The notes under the pieces were generated by a model. It saw only the letters and a list, made by a program, of their open reading frames with translations. It searched no databases and had not been told where the DNA came from. The translations under genes were made by a program, and so were the position numbers. Below are positions 42,483 to 54,271 of a DNA stretch of 64,000 nt, piece by piece (the first letter of the stretch is position 1; every line of letters begins with the position of its first letter). Location: assembly GCA_000165345.1 (NCBI GenBank), contig CM000430.1, positions 1 through 64,000 on the forward strand, given 5' to 3'.

Positions 42483-43457
42483 CTAATACAAATTTGATAT
42501 GGAGTTAAATTGCTTCTTTGAATAATGTTGATTTATTTTCAATAAAGTGGTTATTTTGGCTTTTGGAAGAGTAATAATATCGGATGATTTTGGAAGAGAT
42601 AAAATCATAGTCTTTTCATGATTTCCTTTATTATTATTATTACTATTACCAATTGTTGATATTGACCTACTAATTATACAGTAATGGTCACATAAACAGT
42701 GGATAATTTTTCGAAGTAGTTTATTACAACCTTTGATTATTATTGAATTGGAGCTTTGACCAGAATTTAGATGTGATTCAAATTCAGAGGAAAGAAAACA
42801 AAAACTATTATCAACACTTTCATCCTTGATATTGTAAACTTTCATCATTTTGCAATCTTTTTCTGAAATAATAACTAATTTGTGAGCATTTTCATGTAAT
42901 TTTTCTTGTTTTTGTAATTCATTACTCTGAATTAGTTCAATAATAAGATTTTCTATATTTGATATAAATCTAACCAAATCATCTCTATCTAGAAGAGATA
43001 ATACTTCTTGAAAGATTTTACTTAAATAACCAGTAATACAATGCTTTAAATTAATATTAGCAAAATTTTCTGACAGAATATTTTCATCACAATTTTCATT
43101 ATTTAAGAAATAATTTTCATTAAGATCCAAATTTGAACATATTTTCTTTAAACTTGCAAGAAAGTTTCTTGTAGGAATTGCCAAACTTTCTCTTGGGGTT
43201 ATCATTAACTCACCAAGTTCCTCATTTCCTTCTTTACGATCCAAGAAAAGTTCATGTAACTCGTCATCTGAGCATAGTCTAATCCAAATACTTGGAGAAA
43301 TTACATAATTTGGATCTCGAAAAGAAGATGAGATAATTAATGACTCAATTTCATCAAATTCAAAATTATCACAGTATTGGTGAATCTGAAATGCTCTACC
43401 TTTGTTAATTAATAATTGATTATTTAACCAACGACGATATTTCCTACTTCCCAACAT
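42483..43457 (-). CDS. Hypothetical protein
   Basis: 324-aa ORF, no domain recognised. Size and spacing fit the gene array. Confidence 0.5.
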   Translation of the reverse strand: MLGSRKYRRWLNNQLLINKGRAFQIHQYCDNFEFDEIESLIISSSFRDPNYVISPSIWIRLCSDDELHELFLDRKEGNEELGELMITPRESLAIPTRNFLASLKKICSNLDLNENYFLNNENCDENILSENFANINLKHCITGYLSKIFQEVLSLLDRDDLVRFISNIENLIIELIQSNELQKQEKLHENAHKLVIISEKDCKMMKVYNIKDESVDNSFCFLSSEFESHLNSGQSSNSIIIKGCNKLLRKIIHCLCDHYCIISRSISTIGNSNNNNKGNHEKTMILSLPKSSDIITLPKAKITTLLKINQHYSKKQFNSISNLY

Positions 43458-44264
43458 TTTAATTAATTCACTCTTCTATTCAGAAGAATAGCAAATAATA
43501 ATGCACAAATTACTGCTGTCTAGTAATTGGGTACAACCCTAATACCTTCAATAAGTATTTCTTAGTGGGGTGGTATACCAAAATGAGTGTATTTATTAAG
43601 TTTTATTTATAGATATTGATTAAAAAGACTTCACTGTACCACACTCTCAGTCTATGATGGGCTCTTAATTCTAGAATAAATTTGCCCTTCTAGAGCTGGC
43701 CTGGCTTATTTTTGTCATTTTTTTTTTATTAAAAAAGCATTTATTTTTTTTTGACTTTAGTACTAACTTTTTGCCTCCCCTTTTTTTACCAAAACTAAAT
43801 TGCTTATTATTCCCGCCCAAACTAGTAGTGTAATTATTGACTAAATAAATTGCATGCACAAAAACAATAAATTATTATAATAAACTACATGACTAACAAA
43901 TAATAAGAAAATATTTTGCTTTTGAATAAATTAATCTAATTAAGAATATTAATTCAATATTTTAAAATATAGAGCTTTATATAAACTATTTAAAAATTAA
44001 AAAAAAAATGTTTCATTTTGCATTAAAATAGAAAGTCAAGAATTAAGAGAAAAAGCAATACTATTTGGCAATTTTAATTAAAGTCGAATATTATAAATCA
44101 TTATATAAAATAAGAAATATGTGGAAAGGGCGGGCAAAACATGTAAATTATATTTAGGAAATATAAAGAAAAGAAAGCAAAAGAATAATAATATAAATAA
44201 TAAAAGTCAAATCATAATAAACTTATATATAAATAAAAAATAATAATAAACAAAATCTATCTAA

Positions 44265-45344
44265 TTATAAAAAGAAGACCTTCCTATTTACTTGTAAATC
44301 AGGTCTCCACAAATACTCATAAATACCTTTTTTAGTATTAAAAGTACCTTCTTGTATCCACATAAGTTTTAATGTAAATCTTGGACCAATTTCCTGTAGT
44401 CCAGCACTATTAATAGCTTGATCTTGTTGTTCTTCAGCATTTTGTGTGCTGGTTGTTCTTTTTTTACGGAAAATGTATCTATAATGTCTGAAAAAAATAA
44501 AGTCTCTTTGGTTATGGAATGCAATAACTCTTCTACCAGCAAAATCTGGATTAAATGGAAACAAAGAAGCTAGTTGTCTTCCTATTCTATAACCAATTCT
44601 AGTGTCAAAATTATTCAATATAACTTCAGGATTATGTGTAGTAGAAAAGGCTGAGCCTTTCATATCTTGTGCAAGTTTAACAGATCTAATTCTGAAATAA
44701 CTTGTAGGTCCTATAGGAAGATGGCATATATACAATCCCCATGGAATTTTTTTAATTGGGTGTTCAGTAAATATTAAAATATCAGTATAGTTATTTTCTG
44801 TTCCTTTTTCATTAACTTCTTTAATAATATCTTTAATATTAAATCCATTTCTTTTGTAGAAATCGCAATTAGGAATTATTGAAACAATTTCCTTAAGAAA
44901 GTTGTACATATGCTTACTAGCTTTATTATTAGTTGTGATAAGTAATTTGGGTGATCTTTTTCTAGAAAAATAATCTGAAAATTCATCATTTTCCATTTCT
45001 TTATGCAATTCTTTATCATTTAATGGATCATGAACAAAAGTTTCATCAATTTCACGTGTATTTTCTATTGTTCTAGGTATTCCTTTAACTACTTCCTCCC
45101 CTCTTTTCTCTTTCTCTCTATTTTCTCTCCTTCGTTTACTTTTTTCCAACTTTTTTTCTCGTTTAAGTTGATTGGCAAGTTCTGCTCTTTTGATTTTATT
45201 CTTGATATTCTTCAAATCAATTTCTTTATTAGCTAATTCCGTTTCCTTATCAACTTTGTCTTTTACATTTTTTGATGACTTACTTGCATTTTTTTTATTT
45301 GCAGTGTTTTTATCAGATATTTGTTTTTTTTCCTTGTTACTCAT
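44265..45344 (-). CDS. RPF1: Ribosome production factor 1 (Brix domain, RPF1-like)
   Basis: 359 aa. Lys-rich N-terminal region. Brix core PKLLITTN ... HNQRDFIFFRHYRY ... GPRFTLKL. C-terminal VNRKVFFL resembles the RPF1 tail RRKFHL. Confidence 0.7.
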   Translation of the reverse strand: MSNKEKKQISDKNTANKKNASKSSKNVKDKVDKETELANKEIDLKNIKNKIKRAELANQLKREKKLEKSKRRRENREKEKRGEEVVKGIPRTIENTREIDETFVHDPLNDKELHKEMENDEFSDYFSRKRSPKLLITTNNKASKHMYNFLKEIVSIIPNCDFYKRNGFNIKDIIKEVNEKGTENNYTDILIFTEHPIKKIPWGLYICHLPIGPTSYFRIRSVKLAQDMKGSAFSTTHNPEVILNNFDTRIGYRIGRQLASLFPFNPDFAGRRVIAFHNQRDFIFFRHYRYIFRKKRTTSTQNAEEQQDQAINSAGLQEIGPRFTLKLMWIQEGTFNTKKGIYEYLWRPDLQVNRKVFFL

Positions 45345-46026
45345 TTTGTATTAATAGCGAAATCCAATAATATCGTAAACTCTATTACTAGTATACTAGC
45401 CAGAATAATTTATTTCCTTTCTTATTCTCGATTTGAATAATTTTATTAAGTCAAGGATGAATATAGGTTTAATTCAAATAGGTATTTATTGGTATTTTTC
45501 TATACCATAATACCAGAGTATTATTTTAAGAAAAACTCTCTAAATTTATTCAGTAATAATTTTATTCAATATAAATCTTGAATTTATTTACTAAATAAAG
45601 ATTTTTTACTTGTATTAATCAATTAAACTCGTCATTATTGTGTTAGTTGTCAGTAAATTACATTTCTCTATTTAATTAAGCAGTTGCCGCCTAAATTGGG
45701 CGGGCACATGCGATAACGAGACGAAATTAATAAAAGGCAAATTAATATTAATTATGACCATAATAAATAAATATTAATAATAATATGAGACATATTATAT
45801 GTATGTTAAATGTTAAAATATATAAATAAAGGCACAATATTATTAATGTATTTAAGAGACGTGTAGGGTGGTTTTGAAATACAAATGAAAATATATCAAT
45901 ATTATTAATATATATATAAATAAGCTTTCCTAGTTAAACTAATTAAGCGGAATTATTTTCTTGAACAAAAAAAAATTCTTCCAGGACAAATTCGGTGTTG
46001 TTTTTAAAAATTCAAAAAATATAACA

Positions 46027-46422
46027 ATGAATAACTTTACAGTCAGAGTACGTCAATTTTTAAACAATCCTCTCTTAGCCAGAAAGCAGTTTGTTGTTGA
46101 TGTTATTCATCCATCATTAGGAGGAGTCAGCAAATCTGACTTGAAAGCTAAATTGGCTAAGTTATACAAGGTCCAAGATGCAAACTGTATTGTATTATTT
46201 GGTTTCAAGACTGCCTTTGGTGGTGGAAGATCCTCCGGATTCTGTGTAATATATAATAACATTAGTGCCTTGAAGAAGTTTGAACACAGATATCGTCAAG
46301 TCAGAATGGGTATTGCTGAGAAGGTCACAGCAACTGGTCGTAAGGGTAGAAAAGAAACAAAGAATAGAAGAAAGAAGGTTAGAGGTACCGAGAAGGCTAA
46401 GATATCTGGTGGAAAAAAGTAA
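46027..46422 (+). CDS. RPS24: 40S ribosomal protein S24e
   Basis: MNNFTVRVRQFLNNPLLARKQFVVDVIHP...FGFKTAFGGGRSSGFCVIY...KNRRKKVRGTEKAK matches S24e. Start assigned to the Met aligning with S24e N-termini. An in-frame upstream ATG at 45961 would add 22 residues. Confidence 0.9.
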   Translation: MNNFTVRVRQFLNNPLLARKQFVVDVIHPSLGGVSKSDLKAKLAKLYKVQDANCIVLFGFKTAFGGGRSSGFCVIYNNISALKKFEHRYRQVRMGIAEKVTATGRKGRKETKNRRKKVRGTEKAKISGGKK

Positions 46423-46793
46423 ATTAATCCTGATCGTGTATTATATAGATTACAATCTATTGCAGATCACTTTGAAACTTGACATCAAGTTTTTAATAGA
46501 AATCACATCTAATAAAGAGTAAATAAAGGAAGAAAGATTTTGTATTTCAGATCTTCGTATATATGTTGTTTTGGTATCACCAGTATACCATTTCATCATC
46601 ATCATCAACTCTGAGATCTATTTCTAACCATATTTTCCAATCTACTTCAAGTGGTATCTTTTGTGATCTTGCTGTCCTGTTTCATTTCAAGGTATTAAAA
46701 TCTAGAGGATGCGATACAAGTTATTGAAAAGTTATTAATATATATACTTTTTTTTAATCCTGATTCTAAGATAGACTAATATTCTAACTATTT

Positions 46794-47396
46794 TCAGTTT
46801 ATTCCCTTTTCTTTTTTAATCTTCTTAATTAAAGACTTTATCAGGCTATTATTCTCTTTCCGAATTATCTTTAACTCTTCTAATAAGGGATTCAACTGAT
46901 TCTCTTGGAGTTCTAGTTGTCTCTTCTTTCTATTAAAAGAAATCTGTTTCATGCTTTTCTTTAAATCACTTTGCTCTTCTTGAAGTCTTTGTTTGTGACT
47001 TTTGAGTTTCTTTACTTGATCATTCCAAGCTTCATCACCAAATTCCTTAAGTAACTGTAAGTTCACCTTAGTTATATAATTATACTGAATTTCTAAACCT
47101 ATCTTCTTTATATGACTTATTGTCTCATTCTCGTGTATCTCATGTCCTATTATATCATTATCATTCTCCTCATTCTTCTTCTCATCTTCTAAAGTAATCT
47201 CTTTAATTTTATCATTTCCCTTTCCAACCTCATTCAAAACAGATGATAATTCCTCCTTTATCAATTTATTTGCATATTCCATTTCTTCTGTAGATATACC
47301 GTCTATATAACTTAATACATTATACGCATTAACTAACTTTTCGCAAGAATAACCATCTCCTCCACATGTTGTTTTCAATTCATCCACCATATTCAT
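46794..47396 (-). CDS. Coiled-coil protein, possibly BCAS2/SPF27-like splicing factor
   Basis: 200 aa. C-terminal half is predicted coiled coil (EAWNDQVKKLKSHKQRLQEEQSDLKK...) with layout resembling the BCAS2 C-terminus. Weak assignment. Confidence 0.4.
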   Translation of the reverse strand: MNMVDELKTTCGGDGYSCEKLVNAYNVLSYIDGISTEEMEYANKLIKEELSSVLNEVGKGNDKIKEITLEDEKKNEENDNDIIGHEIHENETISHIKKIGLEIQYNYITKVNLQLLKEFGDEAWNDQVKKLKSHKQRLQEEQSDLKKSMKQISFNRKKRQLELQENQLNPLLEELKIIRKENNSLIKSLIKKIKKEKGIN

Positions 47397-47685
47397 TCCT
47401 TATATAATTGCAATCAAATAATCTATATTTTCTTTTTATTCTATATTGGTCCTATCCACCACTTTCTTTTTTAATAATATAATATTACTTATTACCTTAA
47501 GTTCTCTACCTATCTTCTATAAAGTAGAATTAACTCTAGCATCTGACTATTCTTTATAATCAGCATCAATCACAATTCCCCTTTCATCAACAATCATTCA
47601 CTTTCATTGCTAATATTTCTAAACTATTATCACACATTAGCTCCATTTCTGTATGAAATAATCAAATAATTTTAGGCGGCACTAT

Positions 47686-47696
47686 TTTGGCGCCCA
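47686..47696. promoter_or_regulatory. E2F-like TTTTGGCGCCC with adjacent GGCGGC in the divergent promoter
   Basis: tttaggcggcactattttggcgcccaattt. Confidence 0.5.
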
Positions 47697-48166
47697 ATTT
47701 AGTACTTGAAGTAAAGATTAATTAATGTATAAGCAAAGAAATGAGGGTCAAAAAAAAATAATTGTAAACAATTAATGGATTAGTGGAAATAAAAATTTCA
47801 AGTTTGAATTAAGGAAAAAAAACAACAAAAAATAATAATAAGAAACTAAAGATCATCTAATTCAACTTATTCTATTTTGTTGTTTTTTTAAAGAGGAAGA
47901 TCTTGGCAGAATACGCATAACAAATTAGTAGACTCAAGAATATCCTCAACTTTTACATGTTATACAAGTGTGCAAAGCTACTCAGTTGTATTTACTAGAA
48001 ATTATATAACTTAAGTGAAAATTGAGCGATATTAGGTACCATAATTCACTTCTCTATAATAATTAAACTAACATTTTGAATTAATTGTCAAGGCTTTAAA
48101 TACGAAGTCAGAATACATAATAAAAGTCATAACTGTATGTGATATAAATATATTAATATAGAAAAT

Positions 48167-48577
48167 ATGATGGATGATAATAGGAAAATAGGGCTTGGAT
48201 GCTGTGGTCTTGGAATGATTTTGATAATTTTAGGAGTTTTATTGTTCTTCGACAAAGCACTGTTAACTATTGGAAATTTTACTTTTGTTGCAGGGTTAAC
48301 ATTAGTTTTAGGCCTAAGCAAAGTTACAAGATTCTTCTTAAAGCCTGACAAACTTAAAGGAACATTGTTTTATTTTGGGGGATTATTTGTGATTATAGTG
48401 AAAAGTACAATTATTGGATTTATTCTACAAATGTTTGGTTTGTTTTATCTTTTTAACAGTTTCCTACCAAACATTGTTTCCTATATAAAGCTTTCTCCAC
48501 TAAGTTTTATTCTAGAGCTTCCAGGAATTAAACAACTTTCTGAGTGGATTTATGATCAAAGAAGACTTCCTTTATAA
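48167..48577 (+). CDS. GOT1: Golgi transport protein GOT1 (GOLT1 family)
   Basis: 136 aa, four TM segments. KIGLGCCGLGMILIILGVLLFFDKALLTIGNFTFVAGL is collinear with Got1 (KIGMG..G.FF...G.ILFFDKALLAIGN.LFVAGL). Confidence 0.8.
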   Translation: MMDDNRKIGLGCCGLGMILIILGVLLFFDKALLTIGNFTFVAGLTLVLGLSKVTRFFLKPDKLKGTLFYFGGLFVIIVKSTIIGFILQMFGLFYLFNSFLPNIVSYIKLSPLSFILELPGIKQLSEWIYDQRRLPL

Positions 48578-48766
48578 ATGAATCACAGATCTTGTATAAT
48601 TATAATACTTTTAAATTAGAGTTGAGGTTTTTTTATTATTAATTTAACTTGTTAACTACAGGAAACTAATTACTGCTAATAAAAACAAAATGTCTATAGA
48701 ATTAGCAAATTAATTAGCTAAACTACTTTTTCTTTCTCCTGCTTTCTAAAATCTAATTAAGTATAA

Positions 48767-49699
48767 TTACTTAACAAGAGAAATCATATTATTCTCTACC
48801 TTAAAGAGATCTGTTCTTTCAGCAATGAAAGATCCTAACTTTTTAGAAACACCCTCTGGTCTCTTAATCTTATTTCCAATCATAGCCATGTTTGTTCTGC
48901 CATTCTTCTTTAAGAAATCGATAATTGACTCTTCATAAAGTTGATCTGGCTTGCTTTGTGACTTTGATTCTAAACGACTCTTTTTTGAAGGTGGCTGAGA
49001 ATCTGAAGATTTGGTCTTTTGAGAGGTTGATGATTGCTTGTTCTTATTCTTTGTAGATGGTGCCTTAACTGGTTCTTCTTCTTCTTCTTCCTCCTCTTCA
49101 TCATCATCCAAATCATCTAAGTCATCTTCATCATCCTCATCACTATCTTCATCGCCATCTTCATCATCATCTTCATCATTATCCTGAATAAGTTCGTCCA
49201 AATCTAAATCATCAGCTTCATCACTGTCGATTTCTTCATCATCAATCTCCTCTTCAGTGGATTCGTCAGATTTAGATGGTAATTTTCTCTTGAGACTCTT
49301 CTTGTTATCAATCTTAGAGCTCTCTAATTCGGGTTCTTCTTCTTCTTCTTCTTCTTCATCTTCTTCTTCATCAGACATACCCATTAAAGCATCATCATCA
49401 TCAAAGTCTTCCTCCATTTCTGGTTCATAGAAACCAGAAATATGTACTTCATTCTTTCCAATAATAGAAAGTTCAATTTCTGCTGATGTAGAAAGGAATA
49501 AATCTAAATTTGCATGTTCAATAGTACCTTTTTGTAATGAACAAATAGTATATGCATTACCATTATCTATTGCCTGAACATAAACTCTTCCATTATCCTT
49601 TGGCTCAGATAAACATGCTTGACTTAAGTGCAAAATTTCACCTTGTGTTGAATCCAACTTAACTTTTTGACCTGGCTTAATGATTAATCCGCAAAACAT
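48767..49699 (-). CDS. Nucleoplasmin-like (NPL/HD2-type N-terminal fold) acidic nuclear protein without FKBP domain
   Basis: N-terminus MFCGLIIKPGQKVKL...GEILHLSQACL...AYTICSL...EIELSIIGKNEVHISGFYEP parallels the MEFWG..VKPGK pentameric NPL domain of FKBP39 and plant HD2. A long D/E-rich middle and a basic tail follow. The ORF extends to an in-frame upstream ATG at 49717 (MILQLK-). Confidence 0.65.
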   Translation of the reverse strand: MFCGLIIKPGQKVKLDSTQGEILHLSQACLSEPKDNGRVYVQAIDNGNAYTICSLQKGTIEHANLDLFLSTSAEIELSIIGKNEVHISGFYEPEMEEDFDDDDALMGMSDEEEDEEEEEEEEPELESSKIDNKKSLKRKLPSKSDESTEEEIDDEEIDSDEADDLDLDELIQDNDEDDDEDGDEDSDEDDEDDLDDLDDDEEEEEEEEEPVKAPSTKNKNKQSSTSQKTKSSDSQPPSKKSRLESKSQSKPDQLYEESIIDFLKKNGRTNMAMIGNKIKRPEGVSKKLGSFIAERTDLFKVENNMISLVK

Positions 49700-50308
49700 C
49701 TTTAACTGTAATATCAAATAATATTGAAGATTGATACCTTAAATAAAAAATATTGAATTTTATTTATTACTATTCTCTCTAGTAACAAAAATGAAAATTT
49801 TGATTTTCCTCTACTCTTTATCTCTACCTAACCTTTATTTATTTATCAGAGAGATGACGAATAGAGACCTATCCATTTTCATTTTACATACAAATTTAAT
49901 GTCAAATACTAAATGTCCTATACCGGCAGTAGACATGACGGAGACGCGCTTTTTTGAGAAAGGGGTTGTGAAAATAATTTTTAGATTTGAAATTCAAAAA
50001 TAAGAATGAAGAAAATTAAAGAGAATGTATTTGTTTAACATTTCTTTTAACACAAACTTTGTGAGAGAAGGAATTAATTTGTAGCTTTATTTAGTGTTTA
50101 TGTATTTGACTAACAATGATTGAAATATTGAAATAGATATCAGTAATTTCCTAGGTATTAAATAATTTAGAAAGAGAAAATTTGAAAGAATTAGCTATTT
50201 AATCAATAAAATTCTACATGAGCCTCAAATAATCGCTATATTAACGTCAGAATGATCATTTTATGTTGGGCAAATGTTAAAATTGGTTTTTAAATACTTC
50301 ATTACATA

Positions 50309-51568
50309 TTATTCATATTGCATACAGCTTTGTGTTTTAGATAAAATAAGAGAGCCAACTTGTCTGGAGGAAGATCTTTGCATGACTTCTCCATGGTTTG
50401 GACTATCGTCAATTAGGGAAAGGAGTCCAGATGGAACGAACCTAAGCTCTCTCAGTTCATTTCTTCCTAGAATGTCAATCAATGATCTGGGAGGAGCACC
50501 AGTATATGCAATCTTAAAGCAGCTTCTAAAAAGCGGGAAATGCTTATCTACATCAATAGACTTCTCAATCAATAAAACTTCAAGAGTTTCATTAATTTCC
50601 TTAAGAGTTACAAGCCCAGCAAGATGCTGACCTCCTGTTACTTCAGCTTCAATTTCTTCCCAGGGCTTCTGACCATTTGATAATGTAAAAGCTTTACCTC
50701 CCCTAACATTTCTTCCACCTAAACAAGTGGTGACTAGGTCAGCAATACCACATGATTCGAAGAAAACTCTAGTCATAATAGAACTTCTAATATTAAAGAA
50801 AATACTTCCATATAGAATCATTTCAAGTACTCCTAATCTCATAACAGCTGCAACGGTATTTGTACCACATCCTAAACCTTGTATCATACCTACAAGTAAT
50901 GCAATAATATTTTTTAATCCTCCAAAAAGTTCAGTACAAATAACATCAGGAACACAATCTATTTTGAACCAAGGAGTATCAAATAAGTATTGCCAAATAT
51001 AAGCATCATCATAATCAGAGCAAGCTAAAGTTGCCTCACCAAACTCCTTAGCTGCTAATCCTGAAGCTACATTTGCTCCTGAAAGAACACAACAATCGAT
51101 TCCCAATTCTTCTTCAATAATTTTACTAATTAGAAATGGATGGCCATTCTCAACAAGAAAACCTTTTGTTAATGATACAGCTCTAACAGCTCTAGAAAAG
51201 TCAATATCTAGCTTTCTAATTTGGGATGCCACAGAGCGTATAAATTGGCTTGGAATGACAAATATCATTAGATTGCAATCTTCACATGCTTCTTTTAAAT
51301 CAGTAACAGCTCTGATATTATTAGGTAGCTTGAAATCTGGTAAATATTTGACATTAACATGATCTCTGTTAATAACATCAGCTAAGTACTCTCCTGATTC
51401 AAGTCGTTCATCATATAGCCAAAGTTTTACTTCACTGTTAAATATTAAAGTCCTTTCAGTATTATACCCTACAACACAGCTAATTGCTGATCCAAAGCTT
51501 CCTGCACCAAAAATGGTTACTTTTAATGAACTACAACGAAGATGTTGTCTTAAGCACATAGTTTTCAA
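50309..51568 (-). CDS. GPD: NAD-dependent glycerol-3-phosphate dehydrogenase
   Basis: 419 aa. KVTIFGAGSFGSAIS Rossmann motif. KGFLVENGHPFLISKIIEEELG. SGANVASGLAAKEFGEATLA. Confidence 0.9.
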   Translation of the reverse strand: MKTMCLRQHLRCSSLKVTIFGAGSFGSAISCVVGYNTERTLIFNSEVKLWLYDERLESGEYLADVINRDHVNVKYLPDFKLPNNIRAVTDLKEACEDCNLMIFVIPSQFIRSVASQIRKLDIDFSRAVRAVSLTKGFLVENGHPFLISKIIEEELGIDCCVLSGANVASGLAAKEFGEATLACSDYDDAYIWQYLFDTPWFKIDCVPDVICTELFGGLKNIIALLVGMIQGLGCGTNTVAAVMRLGVLEMILYGSIFFNIRSSIMTRVFFESCGIADLVTTCLGGRNVRGGKAFTLSNGQKPWEEIEAEVTGGQHLAGLVTLKEINETLEVLLIEKSIDVDKHFPLFRSCFKIAYTGAPPRSLIDILGRNELRELRFVPSGLLSLIDDSPNHGEVMQRSSSRQVGSLILSKTQSCMQYE

Positions 51569-51656
51569 AAAAGAGTTTTAGTTCTTAATTTATTTCAATT
51601 CTATTGAAAAGTTTATAATTTTTTGCTGAGAATTTTTTATATTTGTCAAAAACATT

Positions 51657-51670
51657 AATTGGCGCCAATT
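51657..51670. promoter_or_regulatory. Perfect 14-bp palindrome AATTGGCGCCAATT (E2F-like core) upstream of the GPD gene
   Basis: Read directly. About 90 bp upstream of the GPD ATG on the minus strand. Confidence 0.5.
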
Positions 51671-51816
51671 GTTTGAATTTCTGTTTTCAATAATTGATTT
51701 AAAGTAAACTTAACAATTATTAAGTAAGAAAAAAAACTGTTATAAATATGATTTCTGTTTTTAATAAAATTAGTAAATAATAATGAACTAAAAAATATCA
51801 CAGAAATTATTTCCAA

Positions 51817-51843
51817 ATATATATATATATATATATATATATA
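51817..51843. repeat. (AT)13 microsatellite
   Basis: atatatatatatatatatatatatat in the GPD/YEATS spacer. Similar TA-rich runs at 36346-36390 and 23676-23692. Confidence 0.9.
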
Positions 51844-52367
51844 AGAACAAAAGCTATTTATTTGATTTAATAATGTGTGGCAATTACATTAGATCTATAG
51901 ATTTATCGAAGTAACACATTATTGTAGTTAAGATTTATTATTTGTATTGATTAGAATGTATGTTCACTATCAATGTACTAATCTACTAAAATGCAAATTT
52001 GTAAATTACTTTTTCAAACGATAATAATTTTCTATATTTTTGTTCATGTAATTTCTCCTATAAATAATTATTTGATAATTACCGCCTAGTACCGACACAG
52101 ATGGCGCCAAAATGTGTTATGTGAATATAAAAAAAGGGGAAATTAAAAAAAATAAATAATCGGGGAAAAAAATCAGTCCAAGAGATATAATTGATAAAGG
52201 AAAGTTTATGGCAATGCTATAGCAGTTGGGAGTATATTATGGTATACTAATAGCGATTCACATCTATATAAGTTTAGAATTTTTATATTTCAATAGGCTA
52301 AAGTTGGTTAACTCAAGATCAAAATTACTTTTAGGTAACTAATTAGTCAAATAAAACAGGAATTGAC

Positions 52368-53786
52368 ATGGCGGATACTAGTTCTAGGGTTAAAACATCA
52401 TCATCAAGTGTTACAGCAATGTCCAGTATAGAAAATAGAAGGAGGAAGAATGTGACAATTAGAAAGCCAATAATTCTTGGTACCTATGCATTTATGCTTT
52501 CAATTGCAGAACAAAAGAAAAGAGGAGATAATGCGACTCATTCTTGGACTTGTTTTCTAAGATCTCCTGATAATGAGGATATTTCTTATTACGTTAAAAA
52601 AGTTGTTTTTTCTCTCCATCCAAGTTTTTTAAATCCAAACAGAGTTGTTGAAAAATGTCCTTTTGAAGTAACAGAATGTGGATGGGGTGAATTCGACATT
52701 ATGGCAAAAGTTTATTTTGTAGATTCAACAGAAAAGCCCGTTGAAATTAAACATTTCTTAAGGCTTTATCCACCAGGTACAACTGATGTAAGAAGCGTAA
52801 AGTTCCCTTCGGATAACACTCCTTCTGATTGTGTTGCTTCAGAAACTTATGATGAATTCATTTTCTATGAGCCTACGGAGAAATTCTATGAAAAATTAAT
52901 TTCTGGTCCAATTCAACCCATGGCTCAGCATAGACTTCAGCCATATTTTCACAAAACTGATAAGTCTGCTTTTGAAAAGACCTTGGCAGCTGCACATGTT
53001 TCTATTCAAAATGAAATGGCATCTTTAAGGGCTGAGATTGCTCAGATTACTTTAGATATCCAAAATATTCGTGAAAATTACTATTCTCTTAGACCTTCAG
53101 AAGTTGCAAGTATGTTTCCTCAACAACATATTGCTGATCAAAGCCCTATTAGCGAATCTAAAAGTTCCCATATGATGCATCAACAGTCAGAATTAAGCCT
53201 TCCTCCTGGAGGGCCTATTATACAAAAATCTGAGCTTTACGGAAGATCATCACCTAACCAAAGGACTCAAAATTCAAAGTTTCAAGGTCTTCCAAATTCA
53301 AGACCTGATTGTACCGTTGATCCACAATTCCAACCTCAAAATATTGATCATATTAACCATTATGATTCAGGAAATATAGCTCAGGCCTCTGGTCAACAAT
53401 TCCACCAAAACTTTCAACAACAACAACAGCATCAACAACACCACCAGGTTCATCATAATATGACAGATATTCCTCCTCACCAAATCCACCAAGGCCACTC
53501 CTCTCATCAAAATATCTACGATAACCCCAAAATGGTGTCACATCTTGCTCATAATCATAATTCTAATTCAAACTTTAAGCCAAATAACTCTCTAGATGGA
53601 GTCAATATTGATATTAATAGGCAGACACAATTTCAAATGACAAATCAAATTCAAACTAATAGGAATCCAGAAAACCCACACTCCGTTATAAATAATAATC
53701 AAGGCCAATATTCAACTCATGATCCAAATCTTCCTCCAAAAATGGAACCTCATAGTTCAAATCCAAACAATGCTAATATTCAATAA
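52368..53786 (+). CDS. YEATS-domain protein (Yaf9/GAS41/AF9-like) with Gln/His/Asn-rich C-terminal region
   Basis: N-terminal domain HSWTCFLRS...VKKVVFSLHPSF.NPNRVV...PFEVTECGWGEFDI...VYF matches YEATS. C-terminal half is low complexity (QQQQHQQHHQVHH). Confidence 0.8.
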   Translation: MADTSSRVKTSSSSVTAMSSIENRRRKNVTIRKPIILGTYAFMLSIAEQKKRGDNATHSWTCFLRSPDNEDISYYVKKVVFSLHPSFLNPNRVVEKCPFEVTECGWGEFDIMAKVYFVDSTEKPVEIKHFLRLYPPGTTDVRSVKFPSDNTPSDCVASETYDEFIFYEPTEKFYEKLISGPIQPMAQHRLQPYFHKTDKSAFEKTLAAAHVSIQNEMASLRAEIAQITLDIQNIRENYYSLRPSEVASMFPQQHIADQSPISESKSSHMMHQQSELSLPPGGPIIQKSELYGRSSPNQRTQNSKFQGLPNSRPDCTVDPQFQPQNIDHINHYDSGNIAQASGQQFHQNFQQQQQHQQHHQVHHNMTDIPPHQIHQGHSSHQNIYDNPKMVSHLAHNHNSNSNFKPNNSLDGVNIDINRQTQFQMTNQIQTNRNPENPHSVINNNQGQYSTHDPNLPPKMEPHSSNPNNANIQ

Positions 53787-54087
53787 TAAATTATATTTTT
53801 TCTAGTATATATAATCTAATTAACTCTAATTAACTAACTTTATTTAATTTTATTATTTCTGAACTATTCTCTAATAAACCTTATTTTATTCATTTTCAAA
53901 ACAAATTATTACATTATTTTAGTTCTTTCATCCCTCCTCAAACACCAACACTATCAATATAATTATTACTTTACAATAATTCTAAACATATTACTATTGG
54001 ATCCCCCAAATATCACGATTTTACATGCCTCTTAATCATCGCCATACCTTCTGTCACTTTAATTAACATTAAAAAACCGTCACGTCC

Positions 54088-54108
54088 GGCGCCAAAAGTT
54101 TGGGCGCC
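54088..54108. promoter_or_regulatory. Near-palindromic double E2F-like site GGCGCCAAAAGTTTGGGCGCC upstream of the inositol phosphatase gene
   Basis: Two GGCGCC cores in inverted orientation sharing an A/T centre, about 165 bp upstream of the ATG at 54272. Confidence 0.5.
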
Positions 54109-54271
54109 TTTATAAAAAGATTCAAAACTTTTGTAATGATAAATGAAATGTGAGTAAGTAAATAAAAAATTAATGTGTTGGGTAACGCTATTCAGAGAAA
54201 AACTATTCAAATTAGGAGATTATTTTGCCTCTCTTTGATTTTTCTCTCAGTGAGGTGAAAAGTTCAATATA

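Noticed and set aside
45961-46026. Upstream in-frame extension of RPS24 (MNKKKFFQDKFGVVFKNSKNIT)
   Set aside because: It is not conserved in S24e proteins. The alignment begins at the Met at 46027, so this is most likely 5' UTR.
48127-48351. 74-aa minus-strand ORF overlapping GOT1
   Set aside because: It is antisense to a clearly conserved 4-TM Got1 homologue.
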